A DNA stretch of 64,000 bases, taken from a virus. Lineage: Duplodnaviria; Caudoviricetes. The notes under the pieces were generated by a model. The model was given only the letters and a program-made list of their open reading frames with translations. It had not been told where the DNA came from and made no database searches. This document shows, in pieces, positions 27,762 through 38,094 of this stretch. The stretch lies in the IMG/VR virus record IMGVR_UViG_3300031993_000016; one strand, given 5' to 3'. Positions within the stretch are counted from its first letter, which is position 1. Each line of letters starts with the position of its first letter. The position numbers were made by a program, and so were the translations under genes.

Positions 27762-27952
27762 ATCTGCAAATTCCTCAATTCATTAGATGTAAGTTTATCT
27801 ATATCAAGAGATGAAAGAAAATTGTTTCTGAGAAGAAAACTCACCTCGTTGTCAATATTAGTATCCTGTATCTGCATAACATATTCAGTAAAGTATTGTT
27901 CAAATGTTATAGAAGGTAAATTAATTATTGTCTGCTTCATCGTTTCTAGCAT
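27758..27952 (-). CDS. Hypothetical protein
   Basis: Likely start MLETMKQ after GAGGTG. Confidence 0.5.
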   Translation of the reverse strand: MLETMKQTIINLPSITFEQYFTEYVMQIQDTNIDNEVSFLLRNNFLSSLDIDKLTSNELRNLQI

Positions 27953-28259
27953 CGAACACCTCTGAAATCTTACGAACAAGTCGACGTAGATTAAATGGTA
28001 TATCTTCAGGTGACTTTGTATGTTTCATATTAACATCATAGAACCATTGTAATGCGTCTATACTCTCAACAAGTTGATCCAAGGTAGGTATCTGAATAGT
28101 TTCTCCACCAGCATATTTACATAACAATATGAGTTTTTCATGTCCGATGATAGAGAATAATTCAGGTAACCAACTGAATTCCGCTATGTTATGTAGCGGA
28201 GGCATGAGTTCTAGTAAGCAAGCAAAATCTAATTCCTCTGTAGTAGGAAGTTTACTCAT
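27921..28259 (-). CDS. Mor-like transcription regulator domain protein
   Basis: IIGHEKLILLCKYAGGETIQIP resembles the Mor-family IG.E....L...GG..IYIP motif. Confidence 0.5.
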   Translation of the reverse strand: MSKLPTTEELDFACLLELMPPLHNIAEFSWLPELFSIIGHEKLILLCKYAGGETIQIPTLDQLVESIDALQWFYDVNMKHTKSPEDIPFNLRRLVRKISEVFDARNDEADNN

Positions 28260-29019
28260 TTATATGACCTTTCAAAGGCTGTGTTTGTTTAAACACAGGT
28301 GAAATTGTAAATACAATTGCATTTTCTGTTCTAGCTAATCTATTGAAATCTAAATTGCCGTATCCTGCAGCATTAAGGAGTGCAATTGCAGGTTCCATAA
28401 CATTGTTAAGATTTATGTTATCGTTATAATGAATCCAAATCTCAGAATCTTTAATAATAGCTCTACATACACCTTTTGTATCATCTCTAGCATTAAGCGC
28501 ACCAATAATGGAATCTACGGATAAAGATGTGTTAATTGCAGGAATTACTACAATTGAATCGGAAGCAGTTACAGGAGTAGCTGATATATCCAATCGTACA
28601 CTTTCTTCAACATCTTTCGATTCTGATTCAGGTGCTGATTCAGGTGCTGATTGAACTTCAAATGTTTTCTTTTCTGGATTAAGCGCTTCATCACGTTCTT
28701 TATCGACTTCTGCAGCAGCTTCGCTCAAATGATGATCAGGTGCCGATTTAGGCGGTGCAGGTTTACTAGAAGTTGTACTAGGACGAATAACTTCTTTTTC
28801 AGACTCCTCAGCGTCTTCAGCAAGTGCAGATTCATCTGATATAGTATCTTCAACCTCATCAACTTGTTCTTGTAAAGTATCTAAATCATTTTCATTGAGA
28901 TACTCTTTAAGCTGTGTAACAAGTTCTGTATTGATAGGATTAGCTAATGCAGCTTTTATCTTATCTTTATGCTTACTTGCTCTATAAAGTTTAGATGCAA
29001 ATATTGCATTCATGCTCAT
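28252..29019 (-). CDS. Hypothetical protein with acidic low-complexity centre
   Basis: 255-aa ORF with AAGGAG RBS. Confidence 0.7.
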   Translation of the reverse strand: MSMNAIFASKLYRASKHKDKIKAALANPINTELVTQLKEYLNENDLDTLQEQVDEVEDTISDESALAEDAEESEKEVIRPSTTSSKPAPPKSAPDHHLSEAAAEVDKERDEALNPEKKTFEVQSAPESAPESESKDVEESVRLDISATPVTASDSIVVIPAINTSLSVDSIIGALNARDDTKGVCRAIIKDSEIWIHYNDNINLNNVMEPAIALLNAAGYGNLDFNRLARTENAIVFTISPVFKQTQPLKGHINE

Positions 29020-29042
29020 AATCTATTACTCCTTCTATACTA

Positions 29043-30116
29043 CTAATAATCCCAACCAGGTCTAGAAAAATCTTCTTTGTACATTTCAAACTGATTTCTC
29101 AGATCCTTCAATGAGTCAGCTTCAAACGTTACTGCATTGTTGTATCGATCTGTGCGAGGGTCATCCGGTAATGGAACCATGTTAATTTCATATCGTGGCC
29201 AATAGTTATATGACTCTTGACTCATCACAGAACCACGATCATGTGCATATGTAATAAGTGGACGAGCCCACTCCGGACATTGAATCAACAGCTTTTTATC
29301 TCCATAGAATCCAGAACGTGCTTCTGCAGCTTCAGCTTTTGCCGATTTAGTTATATCATCCTTAATATTATATAACCAATCATAAGCTTTCTGTTTACAC
29401 TTCTTTGTAAGTGATTGAGTATTCTCCTCTTCAGAAAGCCTTGGATTCATTTTCAGGATTATAAAGTTACCATAAGTTCGATTACTCCAATATTTACTAC
29501 TTCTAGGAACATCACCAAGTTTGCAGGTCATATATATTTTATAAGTGTGAATATTACCGCCGTATCTAGCTATAGATTCACATTCAACATCCATACAGTC
29601 AAGCTGCTTAGGTTTAAGTATATTCATAACATATGTATATACACTGTTTGCAACATCAGCAGCAACTGCTTTCCAATCAGCTTCGTAAACTTCAGATCGT
29701 CCTGTAGATACAGTTGCATAATTCTTGACATAATATTCAAGCGAATTCCAGCTATCATATATGTCGCCATTTACAACAGCAATCATATGAGTTGTGTCTC
29801 TGTTATTAGGATTCTTACCTGCTAGTAACAAGTATACACCATTTGGATGAGTCTCTCCAAATTCCTCTACCGTTACATAATTATTAGGATGAACTGAATT
29901 GAAGGCATCACCACGTAGTTTCATAAATAAATTAAATACACGCGGTTCGTTAAACTCGTCACAACCTAAGTTTCGTTTGATTCGATTCAATTCTGTGCTT
30001 ACTGCATCGTAGTCCATACTGTATGCAACAGATAAACTTCGCTTTACACAATCACCTACATGATTATTACGAGAATTTGCATTATATCTAATTAAAGCCG
30101 CTTTTATATCATCCAT
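29043..30116 (-). CDS. Hypothetical protein with N-terminal papain-like (C-H-D) domain
   Basis: GDCVKRSL...HMIAVVNGDIYDSW. Confidence 0.5.
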   Translation of the reverse strand: MDDIKAALIRYNANSRNNHVGDCVKRSLSVAYSMDYDAVSTELNRIKRNLGCDEFNEPRVFNLFMKLRGDAFNSVHPNNYVTVEEFGETHPNGVYLLLAGKNPNNRDTTHMIAVVNGDIYDSWNSLEYYVKNYATVSTGRSEVYEADWKAVAADVANSVYTYVMNILKPKQLDCMDVECESIARYGGNIHTYKIYMTCKLGDVPRSSKYWSNRTYGNFIILKMNPRLSEEENTQSLTKKCKQKAYDWLYNIKDDITKSAKAEAAEARSGFYGDKKLLIQCPEWARPLITYAHDRGSVMSQESYNYWPRYEINMVPLPDDPRTDRYNNAVTFEADSLKDLRNQFEMYKEDFSRPGWDY

Positions 30117-30516
30117 CGCAATTACACTCCCGATTATACTTATCCATGTAGTTGTAAGGTTGTTCCGGTTTGTTGTTTTGAATCACATATGAAATATATA
30201 ATGTGCATGTATCATCTGCGTGACGACTCATGAAAAGAAGTCGATACATATGATAACCAGTATCTAGATTGAGCTTATCTGTGCGAAATTTATACCATTT
30301 ACGGAATGGGTCGTGCTCCCATAAATCTTCATCACTGATAGCTACTACTTCATCACTGACCTCACTTACTTGACAGAGTTCAAATCTCTTAGCAACGTCT
30401 ACAGGTACTTCTACAAATAGAAAATATTCTACTTCAGAAATACTAAATACTCTGCTAAAAGAACTTGCATGCTTATAAGGTACGGCATCAAGTTTAAATA
30501 CTGGGGCAGGAAATTT
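30109..30516 (-). CDS. Hypothetical protein (start uncertain; ORF track gives 30561)
   Basis: Open frame between coupled neighbours. Confidence 0.5.
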   Translation of the reverse strand, partial: KFPAPVFKLDAVPYKHASSFSRVFSISEVEYFLFVEVPVDVAKRFELCQVSEVSDEVVAISDEDLWEHDPFRKWYKFRTDKLNLDTGYHMYRLLFMSRHADDTCTLYISYVIQNNKPEQPYNYMDKYNRECNCDG

Positions 30517-30517
30517 T

Positions 30518-30787
30518 CTAAAATCCTCCAATAGTCCAAGAGAAATCGGGATCAGCTGCACGAGTGTTACGCGTTACTGTGTAACCCTGACCCTTAAGGA
30601 CAACTTGTATAGCATCGCTTAGAGATTTACTCCAAGTAATTGAGTGCTGACCTGTATTTGCAGCACTGTTGATCGCAGCCGCTACGGCTTGTTCTTCTAA
30701 TATCTTAACAGCTTCGTCTGCTACAGCTTTAACATCAGTAGCAGGCTTAAGGTCTGTTAATTCATCAATAGGAATTAATGTTGCCAC
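30518..30787 (-). CDS. Hypothetical protein
   Basis: GGAGG RBS; class L motif at about 30869-30880. Confidence 0.7.
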   Translation of the reverse strand: MATLIPIDELTDLKPATDVKAVADEAVKILEEQAVAAAINSAANTGQHSITWSKSLSDAIQVVLKGQGYTVTRNTRAADPDFSWTIGGF

Positions 30788-30918
30788 AGATATGACCTCC
30801 TATTCAGTATTTTTTGTGTATTCATCCAAGAAACTGAAGTTTCTTGGTTTTCTACCTGCCTTCCATATAAATAAAAGGTTGACCTCAATGATCAACCTTT
30901 CATAGTAAATTTGTGTAA

Positions 30919-31401
30919 TTAATTGACGCTACGAAGCTTATTTGTAGTGTTGTGGTAGTTCTGTTTACGCTTCTCTTGTGTCTGTAAAATTTCTAAACTT
31001 GCTTTAGAATGTCCATTGCCTGTAAGTATCGCGTTCTGGATTTCGCCTAAAGTAAATTGGTTTGATTTTTCTTGAGCAAGTATCTCACGAAGCGATTTGT
31101 CGATAGATGCAAGTAATGTCAAAATATTCTCATAATTGAGATTGTCTACCTGCTTAATGATTGCAGCTTTTTCAGCTTCTTCGGTTATGACATAATCTAT
31201 TTTATCTAAGTCGTAAAATGTGCATAGCTTATCTAGTACGTTTTCTTCCATGCTATTCTTACATATACATTGTGCATAGTATGATTTAGCACGACCCATG
31301 ATGATTGTACTTATATTACTTTGATTATATCTATTGCCTTCAGCTTTCCTGATGTCTGTATCTAAAGCTTCGCCATTGATCTTAATATTTGGTTTTCTCA
31401 T
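30919..31401 (-). CDS. Hypothetical protein, possible N-terminal HTH
   Basis: XRE-like helical pattern; weak. Confidence 0.5.
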   Translation of the reverse strand: MRKPNIKINGEALDTDIRKAEGNRYNQSNISTIIMGRAKSYYAQCICKNSMEENVLDKLCTFYDLDKIDYVITEEAEKAAIIKQVDNLNYENILTLLASIDKSLREILAQEKSNQFTLGEIQNAILTGNGHSKASLEILQTQEKRKQNYHNTTNKLRSVN

Positions 31402-31443
31402 ATTATATCCTCCGCACCGAACATTACTAAATTGTTTGTGGTG

Positions 31444-31662
31444 TTATGCATTTGGTGTTAATTGTCTGAACCACTTTTCTGTCTTGCATACAACACCTGT
31501 GTCATCCATCAATACACATACAGCAATTTTGCACTTATCATTAGCTACTGCGCTGGCCATAGTGGAATACATTGCAGAAGTAGCTTCTTCAGTTGTATGA
31601 TATGCAAGTAACTGACGTGCTACAGTGTCATCTACAAGTGTCATGAGTGATATTAGATTCAT
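31444..31662 (-). CDS. Hypothetical protein
   Basis: GGAGG RBS; class L motif at about 31699-31710. Confidence 0.65.
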   Translation of the reverse strand: MNLISLMTLVDDTVARQLLAYHTTEEATSAMYSTMASAVANDKCKIAVCVLMDDTGVVCKTEKWFRQLTPNA

Positions 31663-31711
31663 ATTATGTGCCCTCCTAAATATATTTAGATTCTGTAAAT
31701 ATATAAGGTGT

Positions 31712-32623
31712 TCAATCCTCTATTACATATACTTCAGCAGTCTGCCTACCAAATTGGTAGCAAGCCTCGACATCACCCATGTAGATATCTATGACGTTAT
31801 TGCTCATTCCTCCTGTGTCTGTTACAACTCTTTCACCTAAGCCTTCAATGTAAAGCCTAGTACCAATAGGATAGTAGTTACTAGCACATGTATAGCCTAC
31901 TACAGGATATTCGCCATTAGCACATGTATTACCTGTCCATTCATAAGCGGTAAGTTCAAATACACCGCCAGCTAATGTTTGTGCATAATCACCAATAGCA
32001 CTAAATGTATTAGAACTTCCACCATAATTACGGGCATACATCATCGCTGCTTCAATCTGCTGACGACGCAATTCAAGACCTCTTTCAAGATCTTCACGAA
32101 GCTGATCCATTTCTTTGCGTAAACGTGTAATAGCTCCGTTACTGTTATGCTGAATCTGTTGCAAGTTAGAAATTTGATCTTGCTGCTGTGCAAAACCATC
32201 TTCCATATCATCGCGTACAATTTCAATAGAATTAGACAAGCTATCTAATTGACGCTGTTGATCTGTTGCAATATCTTTTGTTGTTTGATCCAAAGTTACT
32301 ACAGATGCATCTAATGCAGTTAATTTGTGAAATAAACTGATTACTACTGCACTTAAACCAATTATTGCAACAAACATGATTGCAGCTACTGCCGATATAA
32401 GGCGCAGCAATCTTTCAGATTTGAGTTTTGCATCAGCTACATCGTGAACACGAGCTGCTGTTTCGGTAGCTAACTTACCACTTTCTGCAGCTAATGCAGT
32501 TTCACGAGCTGCTATTTCGATAGCTAACTCATCCTTAGATGCTACTGGAATAGGCTCAGCGATATGATCAACTGGTGTGAGCGTAACAGTAGAATCAGTT
32601 ACTAAATTATCTGGTTCTGTCAT
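31712..32623 (-). CDS. Membrane-anchored coiled-coil protein with C-terminal 3D (MltA-like) domain
   Basis: TM segment LISAVAAIMFVAIIGLSAVVISLF; LTAY...PIGTRLYIEG...DTGG...IDIYM. Confidence 0.8.
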   Translation of the reverse strand: MTEPDNLVTDSTVTLTPVDHIAEPIPVASKDELAIEIAARETALAAESGKLATETAARVHDVADAKLKSERLLRLISAVAAIMFVAIIGLSAVVISLFHKLTALDASVVTLDQTTKDIATDQQRQLDSLSNSIEIVRDDMEDGFAQQQDQISNLQQIQHNSNGAITRLRKEMDQLREDLERGLELRRQQIEAAMMYARNYGGSSNTFSAIGDYAQTLAGGVFELTAYEWTGNTCANGEYPVVGYTCASNYYPIGTRLYIEGLGERVVTDTGGMSNNVIDIYMGDVEACYQFGRQTAEVYVIED

Positions 32624-32684
32624 CTAATTACCTCCATTTTCTTTCATCATTAGGTTACAAAACATTTAACGAATTTAGTACTAC

Positions 32685-33194
32685 TTAGATGTCTGTGGTT
32701 TGATACGTTGTTATGAAAGGTAGATCTATTAATTCTGGGTGATTAACTTGTGTCCAAGCTGCACCTAACATGTTCCAAACAAATGCACGATCATGAGGTT
32801 CATCGTTGTCGCCACGGAAAAACTTTAATAAATGTCGTATACCACTATCCATATAACAATGGAGCGGAATACCTTTCTCCCAGTTCCTCTCGCCATACTT
32901 ATTACAACCTTGTTCATAGTGCTTTGCAACTTCAAGCACTGTGCTGATTGCATCTTGCTCTAAATAATTTGAAAATCTATCTATAGCGTTATAAAGCTGT
33001 TTGCATGACCCTGTTTGCATATATAAATAAATGAGCTGTAGTATGTCAGCACATACAGGTTCTTTAAAACTCAAAAGTTCTGCAATCTCAAATAAAGGTA
33101 GAAGATCACATCTACCTTTACCATCTACAATATCACGAACTGCTCCGCTATCAAATTGCCTACGTTCTCCAGAATCTAGTATCTCTTTACCCAC
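32685..33194 (-). CDS. dATP/dGTP diphosphohydrolase-domain protein (DUF5664-like)
   Basis: GAVRD..GKGRCDLLP and KYGERNWEKGIP...SGIRHL motifs. Confidence 0.8.
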   Translation of the reverse strand: MGKEILDSGERRQFDSGAVRDIVDGKGRCDLLPLFEIAELLSFKEPVCADILQLIYLYMQTGSCKQLYNAIDRFSNYLEQDAISTVLEVAKHYEQGCNKYGERNWEKGIPLHCYMDSGIRHLLKFFRGDNDEPHDRAFVWNMLGAAWTQVNHPELIDLPFITTYQTTDI

Positions 33195-33210
33195 ATCTAC
33201 TTCCTCCTCA

Positions 33211-33453
33211 TTAAAATAATCTCTTAGGTTTCTTCGGTGTAGCTGCTGAATCGGTTACAACACTATTAGTAGTTGTAGAAAACAGCTTCTCAAGTAACTC
33301 TGCAACTGTATATTGTTTTCCGTGAATACTTACAGTTGCAGGCGTATTTGGTTTTGTCTCTATTTTCAAAAAAGACCCATTTTGAATGTTTCTAACACGA
33401 CCTAAATTAGATACTTCATAATTAGGCCCAAATCGTTTCCAAATCTCTTCCAT
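33211..33453 (-). CDS. NUMOD4-only truncated HNH-family gene
   Basis: EEIWK...YEVSNLGRVR; no HNH motif. Confidence 0.7.
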   Translation of the reverse strand: MEEIWKRFGPNYEVSNLGRVRNIQNGSFLKIETKPNTPATVSIHGKQYTVAELLEKLFSTTTNSVVTDSAATPKKPKRLF

Positions 33454-33470
33454 ATGTTTATCACCTGATC

Positions 33471-34460
33471 TTAGAATAACTTCTTAGGTTTCTTAAGCTT
33501 AGTTGCATCAAACGCATAAGTAGTTTTAATAAGTTTCTGAATACTTCTAATAGTAAATGCTACTCGTGCTGAAGATGACTCTCTAAGCTGTTCCAATGTA
33601 AAACCGGAAGATGTTATTTCATCCATTAATAATTTTCTGTTGTAATCATCACAAGTGTCTATGAAACTCATATTTGATTTTGTGTTTGAAGTTCTTGCTT
33701 TCTGTGTTAGTGAAATAACTCCGAAATTGATAGACAGTATTTTGTTGTATGCACTTATATGTCTATGTGATATAGAATCTGCACTATAGCAAGCCAGTTT
33801 ACTTAGACCTTCTAACGATGTATATCCATATAAATGTGTTTTAACATTAGGGTTAGATGATGATTCAATGACACCATTGCATTCATTTATGTAGATATTG
33901 CGGACCGTCGTTACGCAGTCGTTCGCTGGCGATAAGCCGACATACTCCAAATGCTTACCATTTTCGTCCTTCCATTCAAGCATATTTCTAAGAGCATCAA
34001 ATGACTCGTTGTGATGGAATACAGGCATGATCTTATTTGGTGACTTTACTTTGGTACGCATATATAGATAATTATCCCAGCTCTTCTTCACAGACTCAAT
34101 ATAATCCTCAGGAGTTTTAGGCTTTTGGAACTGTCCTGGAATAGTATCAAGCTGTGCGAATACATCTACGTATTCATCAATACTATTGATGTAATTTATA
34201 TAATTATCTTCCCAATCACGAAATGTTGGATTTTTTATCGATTTATCAGGAAATTTAGCATTACCAGTATGCACACTAAATGCTCCCGAATCTACAAATA
34301 AAGTTCTGATGAATCCTTCTTTCTTCCACTCAATTGCTTTTGTAATTGCACTTCTGTCAAGCTGTGTTATAAGTATGTCTAACGGCTCAAAATCTGGCGC
34401 TGACAATAGCATATCATGCATCGATTCTGTTAATGAGCCAGAGAAGTAATATGTGTCCAT
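33471..34460 (-). CDS. TGT-fold base-exchange protein, DpdA-like
   Basis: LFVDSGAFS, LDTIPG, PVFH, HLYG and SADS motifs. Confidence 0.7.
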   Translation of the reverse strand: MDTYYFSGSLTESMHDMLLSAPDFEPLDILITQLDRSAITKAIEWKKEGFIRTLFVDSGAFSVHTGNAKFPDKSIKNPTFRDWEDNYINYINSIDEYVDVFAQLDTIPGQFQKPKTPEDYIESVKKSWDNYLYMRTKVKSPNKIMPVFHHNESFDALRNMLEWKDENGKHLEYVGLSPANDCVTTVRNIYINECNGVIESSSNPNVKTHLYGYTSLEGLSKLACYSADSISHRHISAYNKILSINFGVISLTQKARTSNTKSNMSFIDTCDDYNRKLLMDEITSSGFTLEQLRESSSARVAFTIRSIQKLIKTTYAFDATKLKKPKKLF

Positions 34461-35422
34461 CCAGGTACCTCCTTAATTTTAGCTCTAGGCCATGTAAAAT
34501 ATTTATCTTTTGTTTCCTTTATGTAACTGTTTATATCAATTAACGAATTTATTTGATCTGTATATATGAATGTCCACCCAAAACAGCAGCTACATCTTTC
34601 AATAGATGATGTGATTGCTGCAGGATCACAATTAAGTTCATTTGCAACTTGTCCAATAGAATCAAATATATGTCCAGTATCTAAACAAGTTATCTGTCGA
34701 CCTTGAGTGCGTCGGATTGCAGCTATTGCATTAGCTCGACCTGAACGTGCTATTTGATCATGTACGTTATATTTAGCAGTACACCACTCTAAATTTTCCA
34801 CATGATTATTATTTCGTACACCATCAATATGATTAACTTGAGGTAAATTATTTGGGTTAGGGATGAAAGCTTGAGCTACAAGACGATGAACGGTATAATA
34901 TGCATAGTGTTCATTATGCACCAAATTTACTTGTGCATATCCATCCGAGCTTAATGTCAACTTCATCAATCTATCAGGATATCTGCGGATACATGTTGTA
35001 TGAGTATCCTTACGTGTGTAAGTTTCAACATGTGCTAATCGCTTAACTCGCCCCTTATCAGATACTTGATATATGCCTTCAAATCCTTTGATATCTTTCC
35101 AATGCTCATCTACTAAGCTGTCAGCTGTATCTATTTCAAGATTATCTAATCGAATGTTACTATAATCACCATCTTTGTGACGTATCTTAGGTTTTATATT
35201 GGACGTGATATCTACACCTAAAAATGCACACGCCATGAGATATTTAACAGAAAATACTACGTTGGAATTCTTCATAGCTATGCATACAGAACTTTGTCCA
35301 GAAGTTGGATTTGTAATTTTCAATATATGATTCCGTTTGATGTGACGTACTCGGCCTAGATTACTAACTTCGTACCGGTCTTCCATAGTAGGTATTGGTT
35401 TCCAAACTTCATCCATGTACAT
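34430..35422 (-). CDS. HNH homing endonuclease with tandem NUMOD4 modules
   Basis: Two W....YEVS..GRV motifs; VHRLVA..F...VNHIDG..NN..NLEW. Confidence 0.9.
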   Translation of the reverse strand: MYMDEVWKPIPTMEDRYEVSNLGRVRHIKRNHILKITNPTSGQSSVCIAMKNSNVVFSVKYLMACAFLGVDITSNIKPKIRHKDGDYSNIRLDNLEIDTADSLVDEHWKDIKGFEGIYQVSDKGRVKRLAHVETYTRKDTHTTCIRRYPDRLMKLTLSSDGYAQVNLVHNEHYAYYTVHRLVAQAFIPNPNNLPQVNHIDGVRNNNHVENLEWCTAKYNVHDQIARSGRANAIAAIRRTQGRQITCLDTGHIFDSIGQVANELNCDPAAITSSIERCSCCFGWTFIYTDQINSLIDINSYIKETKDKYFTWPRAKIKEVPGWTHITSLAH

Positions 35423-35457
35423 CGCACCCCCTCATTGATTCCTAGATTCGTTTTCAT

Positions 35458-35889
35458 CTAGAATTCATGATTGCTTAGATAAACATAAATATCTGCATAC
35501 GCAACACGACCTGAAGTTGCTAATTCATTTGCAAGCCATTCGAAATAATCATGTATATCAGATTTTAATGCACCTTTATCAAATATTTCTGAATCGAATC
35601 TATCATTATAATCTACATCTATTATATGAATGTAACGATCTAGTCGACTTTCATGTACATCATATGTGTGCTGTAGTATGAATCGAACAGAAGGTAGCTT
35701 ATGAGAGCCTTTAAATGTATCGGTGCGATGTAGTTTCTCTGCAACCTCTTTACGCCAATGATTAACTTCTGAGGCAGCTGGGTACATCCGTAATTTGATA
35801 AGATGTAGTATCAATTCATCGCAACCTTGTTCTAAATCTGCTGCTACATCAACTCTAGATTTTGACATAGCAAAAATATATCGTTCCAT
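35458..35889 (-). CDS. DUF29-like hypothetical protein
   Basis: LILHLIKL...HWRKEV pattern. Confidence 0.5.
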   Translation of the reverse strand: MERYIFAMSKSRVDVAADLEQGCDELILHLIKLRMYPAASEVNHWRKEVAEKLHRTDTFKGSHKLPSVRFILQHTYDVHESRLDRYIHIIDVDYNDRFDSEIFDKGALKSDIHDYFEWLANELATSGRVAYADIYVYLSNHEF

Positions 35890-35904
35890 AATTACCTCTC
35901 ATGA

Positions 35905-36375
35905 CTAATTCCATAATGTACCGATATCTAATGCTCGATATAAGTAATCTCCGTCTTTATCTGTAACGAAACTACCACCAGTATCGCATACAATACCTTT
36001 GCCTAAGGATGTATCTACAATTGATCCAAAAGGATATATGTCAATGTTTGCTGCTACAATGACATATTCACCAAGCATCTGCACCCCGTCTTCACGAACA
36101 TAATATGGATATTCAGTTTCAGAAAAACCTCTATATCGCATATCACGTACCATACATGGATTACAGTAGTAATAAGATTCTAATCCTGAAGGTCCTTCAT
36201 ACATACCAGTAATTGATGCAGACATAGGGCGTAGCCTATCAGTTGACATATGCTGTATGTAGTATGTTGTTCGCAATTCACGATGCATTTGTATGAACTC
36301 ATGCTCAATACATGAACCTGTAGCATTGATGCTGATAATCAGCAAAATTATTAGTACATTACACATCTGCATCAC
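35905..36375 (-). CDS. 3D/RlpA-like domain protein with hydrophobic N-terminus
   Basis: VIVAA...PFGSIVDT..G.GIVCDTGG...LDI. Confidence 0.6.
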   Translation of the reverse strand: MMQMCNVLIILLIISINATGSCIEHEFIQMHRELRTTYYIQHMSTDRLRPMSASITGMYEGPSGLESYYYCNPCMVRDMRYRGFSETEYPYYVREDGVQMLGEYVIVAANIDIYPFGSIVDTSLGKGIVCDTGGSFVTDKDGDYLYRALDIGTLWN

Positions 36376-36919
36376 CTCGTTTTGCTATTTTGAATTGCTT
36401 CTTATTCTTATCTTCAAGCCGAAATCCTCGTAGATCAAAGTAGAAATCTTCAAATGTGTTATTTTTAATTGCAGTTTCAGCTAACTCACGACATCTGATA
36501 GCATCTTCTAAGAATTCAAAATAACCAAGTGTAGCTCGATAATTTTGATATCCAATATAACAATGCCATCTATTAGCACTATTACTCCAACTTACACCTT
36601 GATGCCCTGATGTATTAGTAGCAATAGTACCAGGTCGTAGTGTCATCTGTATGTTGCAGCCATTTACAAATGCATCTTTCCTATGCTTACCTGCATCACG
36701 ACACCTTTCAGAATCGCCGCTAGTTAAAAATTGTGTATGATAACAACCACAACTAGATATTCTACCTGCTCTACGCGATGCTTTTAAAGATATTTCATTA
36801 TGTATACATGTATTGCCACAATCACAAATACACTTATATGCTCGCTTAGTATAAGGTTTTGCAACTACAAGTTCTATGACCTGTAATCTACCAAATCGTT
36901 CACCTACTAGATTCATCAT
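36359..36919 (-). CDS. AP2-domain protein (homing-endonuclease-associated type)
   Basis: GERFGRLQV, CICDCG, SCGC; NTSGHQGVSW...W..YI...LGYF...EDAI. Confidence 0.75.
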   Translation of the reverse strand: MMNLVGERFGRLQVIELVVAKPYTKRAYKCICDCGNTCIHNEISLKASRRAGRISSCGCYHTQFLTSGDSERCRDAGKHRKDAFVNGCNIQMTLRPGTIATNTSGHQGVSWSNSANRWHCYIGYQNYRATLGYFEFLEDAIRCRELAETAIKNNTFEDFYFDLRGFRLEDKNKKQFKIAKRGDADV

Positions 36920-36958
36920 AGCACCTCCTTCATACATGCTATAACGATTTTAGCAAGT

Positions 36959-37357
36959 TCAAGAACCTCGTACACACTTCGTAGTAGAAGCTTTCAGAGC
37001 ATATGTCAGATACAGATTTGAGGCAGCACACCCACCGCATGGATCATAGAATCGAATAGTGTTAGTAGATTTATTTGGATCAAATCCTGCTAAGAATGCT
37101 TCTGCAACTAATCGTTTGATAGCTACATTACGTCGTGGCTCACCTTCTTTATGAAGGTGCACATAAGCTGTTGATGTACCTGTATATATCGGAGTTAATA
37201 GTTTCCCCAATCGCTGCCAAGATTCGTTACGAAGCGAACCGTCTTTTCGAGTAACACCGATAACATGTGTAAGCCTAGGAAGAGATCTAACTCGACCTAA
37301 ATTACTAACTTGATAGTAACCCTCATACCCCATTATATCTTTCCACACCTCATTCAT
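36959..37357 (-). CDS. NUMOD4 protein with degenerate HNH
   Basis: EVWKDIMGYEGYYQVSNLGRVRS; RLVAEAF. Confidence 0.75.
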   Translation of the reverse strand: MNEVWKDIMGYEGYYQVSNLGRVRSLPRLTHVIGVTRKDGSLRNESWQRLGKLLTPIYTGTSTAYVHLHKEGEPRRNVAIKRLVAEAFLAGFDPNKSTNTIRFYDPCGGCAASNLYLTYALKASTTKCVRGS

Positions 37358-37372
37358 ACCATAAAGTACCTC

Positions 37373-37849
37373 CTATGTGTCGTTACTATGACGCTGCTGA
37401 TATGCTTGAATTAATTCATCTAAGTTATACTGCATTGTTTGAATTTCGATTTTATGTTTCACATCAGCTCGTATTCCTTGTATATCCTCTAGATATCTAT
37501 CTTTAGCATGCATCCATGCTCTATAATCTTTGTCTATCTGTGTTTCCTTATAACGCTGTTCCAATTTCTCTACCCACTGATCTTTTAAATCTTCATTAGG
37601 GTAGATTCCAACTATGTGTTGGAATGACTCTCTCAGAAGCTGCCGAACTTCTTTATGGCTGCTTACAAATACATCGTAACCTTGCCTAGACAGACCTACA
37701 GCTATTCCACAATAAGGCTTATACCATTCAGTAATGTATATATCAGGTTTCGGTGCATAATAGAAGTCAGATGAGTCTAGGTCAATGAATTTGAAATTCT
37801 TTGCAGATAATGACGATTTACCAATACCTGCATATCCTATAAAAATCAT
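37373..37849 (-). CDS. P-loop NTPase/kinase-like protein
   Basis: GYAGIGKS Walker A at the N-terminus. Confidence 0.65.
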   Translation of the reverse strand: MIFIGYAGIGKSSLSAKNFKFIDLDSSDFYYAPKPDIYITEWYKPYCGIAVGLSRQGYDVFVSSHKEVRQLLRESFQHIVGIYPNEDLKDQWVEKLEQRYKETQIDKDYRAWMHAKDRYLEDIQGIRADVKHKIEIQTMQYNLDELIQAYQQRHSNDT

Positions 37850-38091
37850 TCATTATCACCTCGCCGGCTTTCTAATATATTATCTATGTACATCTGTAGC
37901 TCGATGAGCTCTTCTGTAGATATTTTGCGAAGCTGCATAGTATTGGGCAATATAATTAATCTATCATGACCATCAATGGCATTTTCCAATGAATGTGCTA
38001 GTGCGTGCAGATCATCACCAGATACTTCACCTAATTCATAGTTCAACACATATAAATTACCAGAATCTTGTAATACATTATTGTTTTTCAT
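37846..38091 (-). CDS. Hypothetical protein
   Basis: Translationally coupled ORF. Confidence 0.6.
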   Translation of the reverse strand: MKNNNVLQDSGNLYVLNYELGEVSGDDLHALAHSLENAIDGHDRLIILPNTMQLRKISTEELIELQMYIDNILESRRGDNE

Positions 38092-38094
38092 ATG

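Noticed and set aside
32685-33194. 2-aminoadenine (Z) genome pathway
   Set aside because: No PurZ homolog is visible in the window; the diphosphohydrolase alone is not diagnostic.
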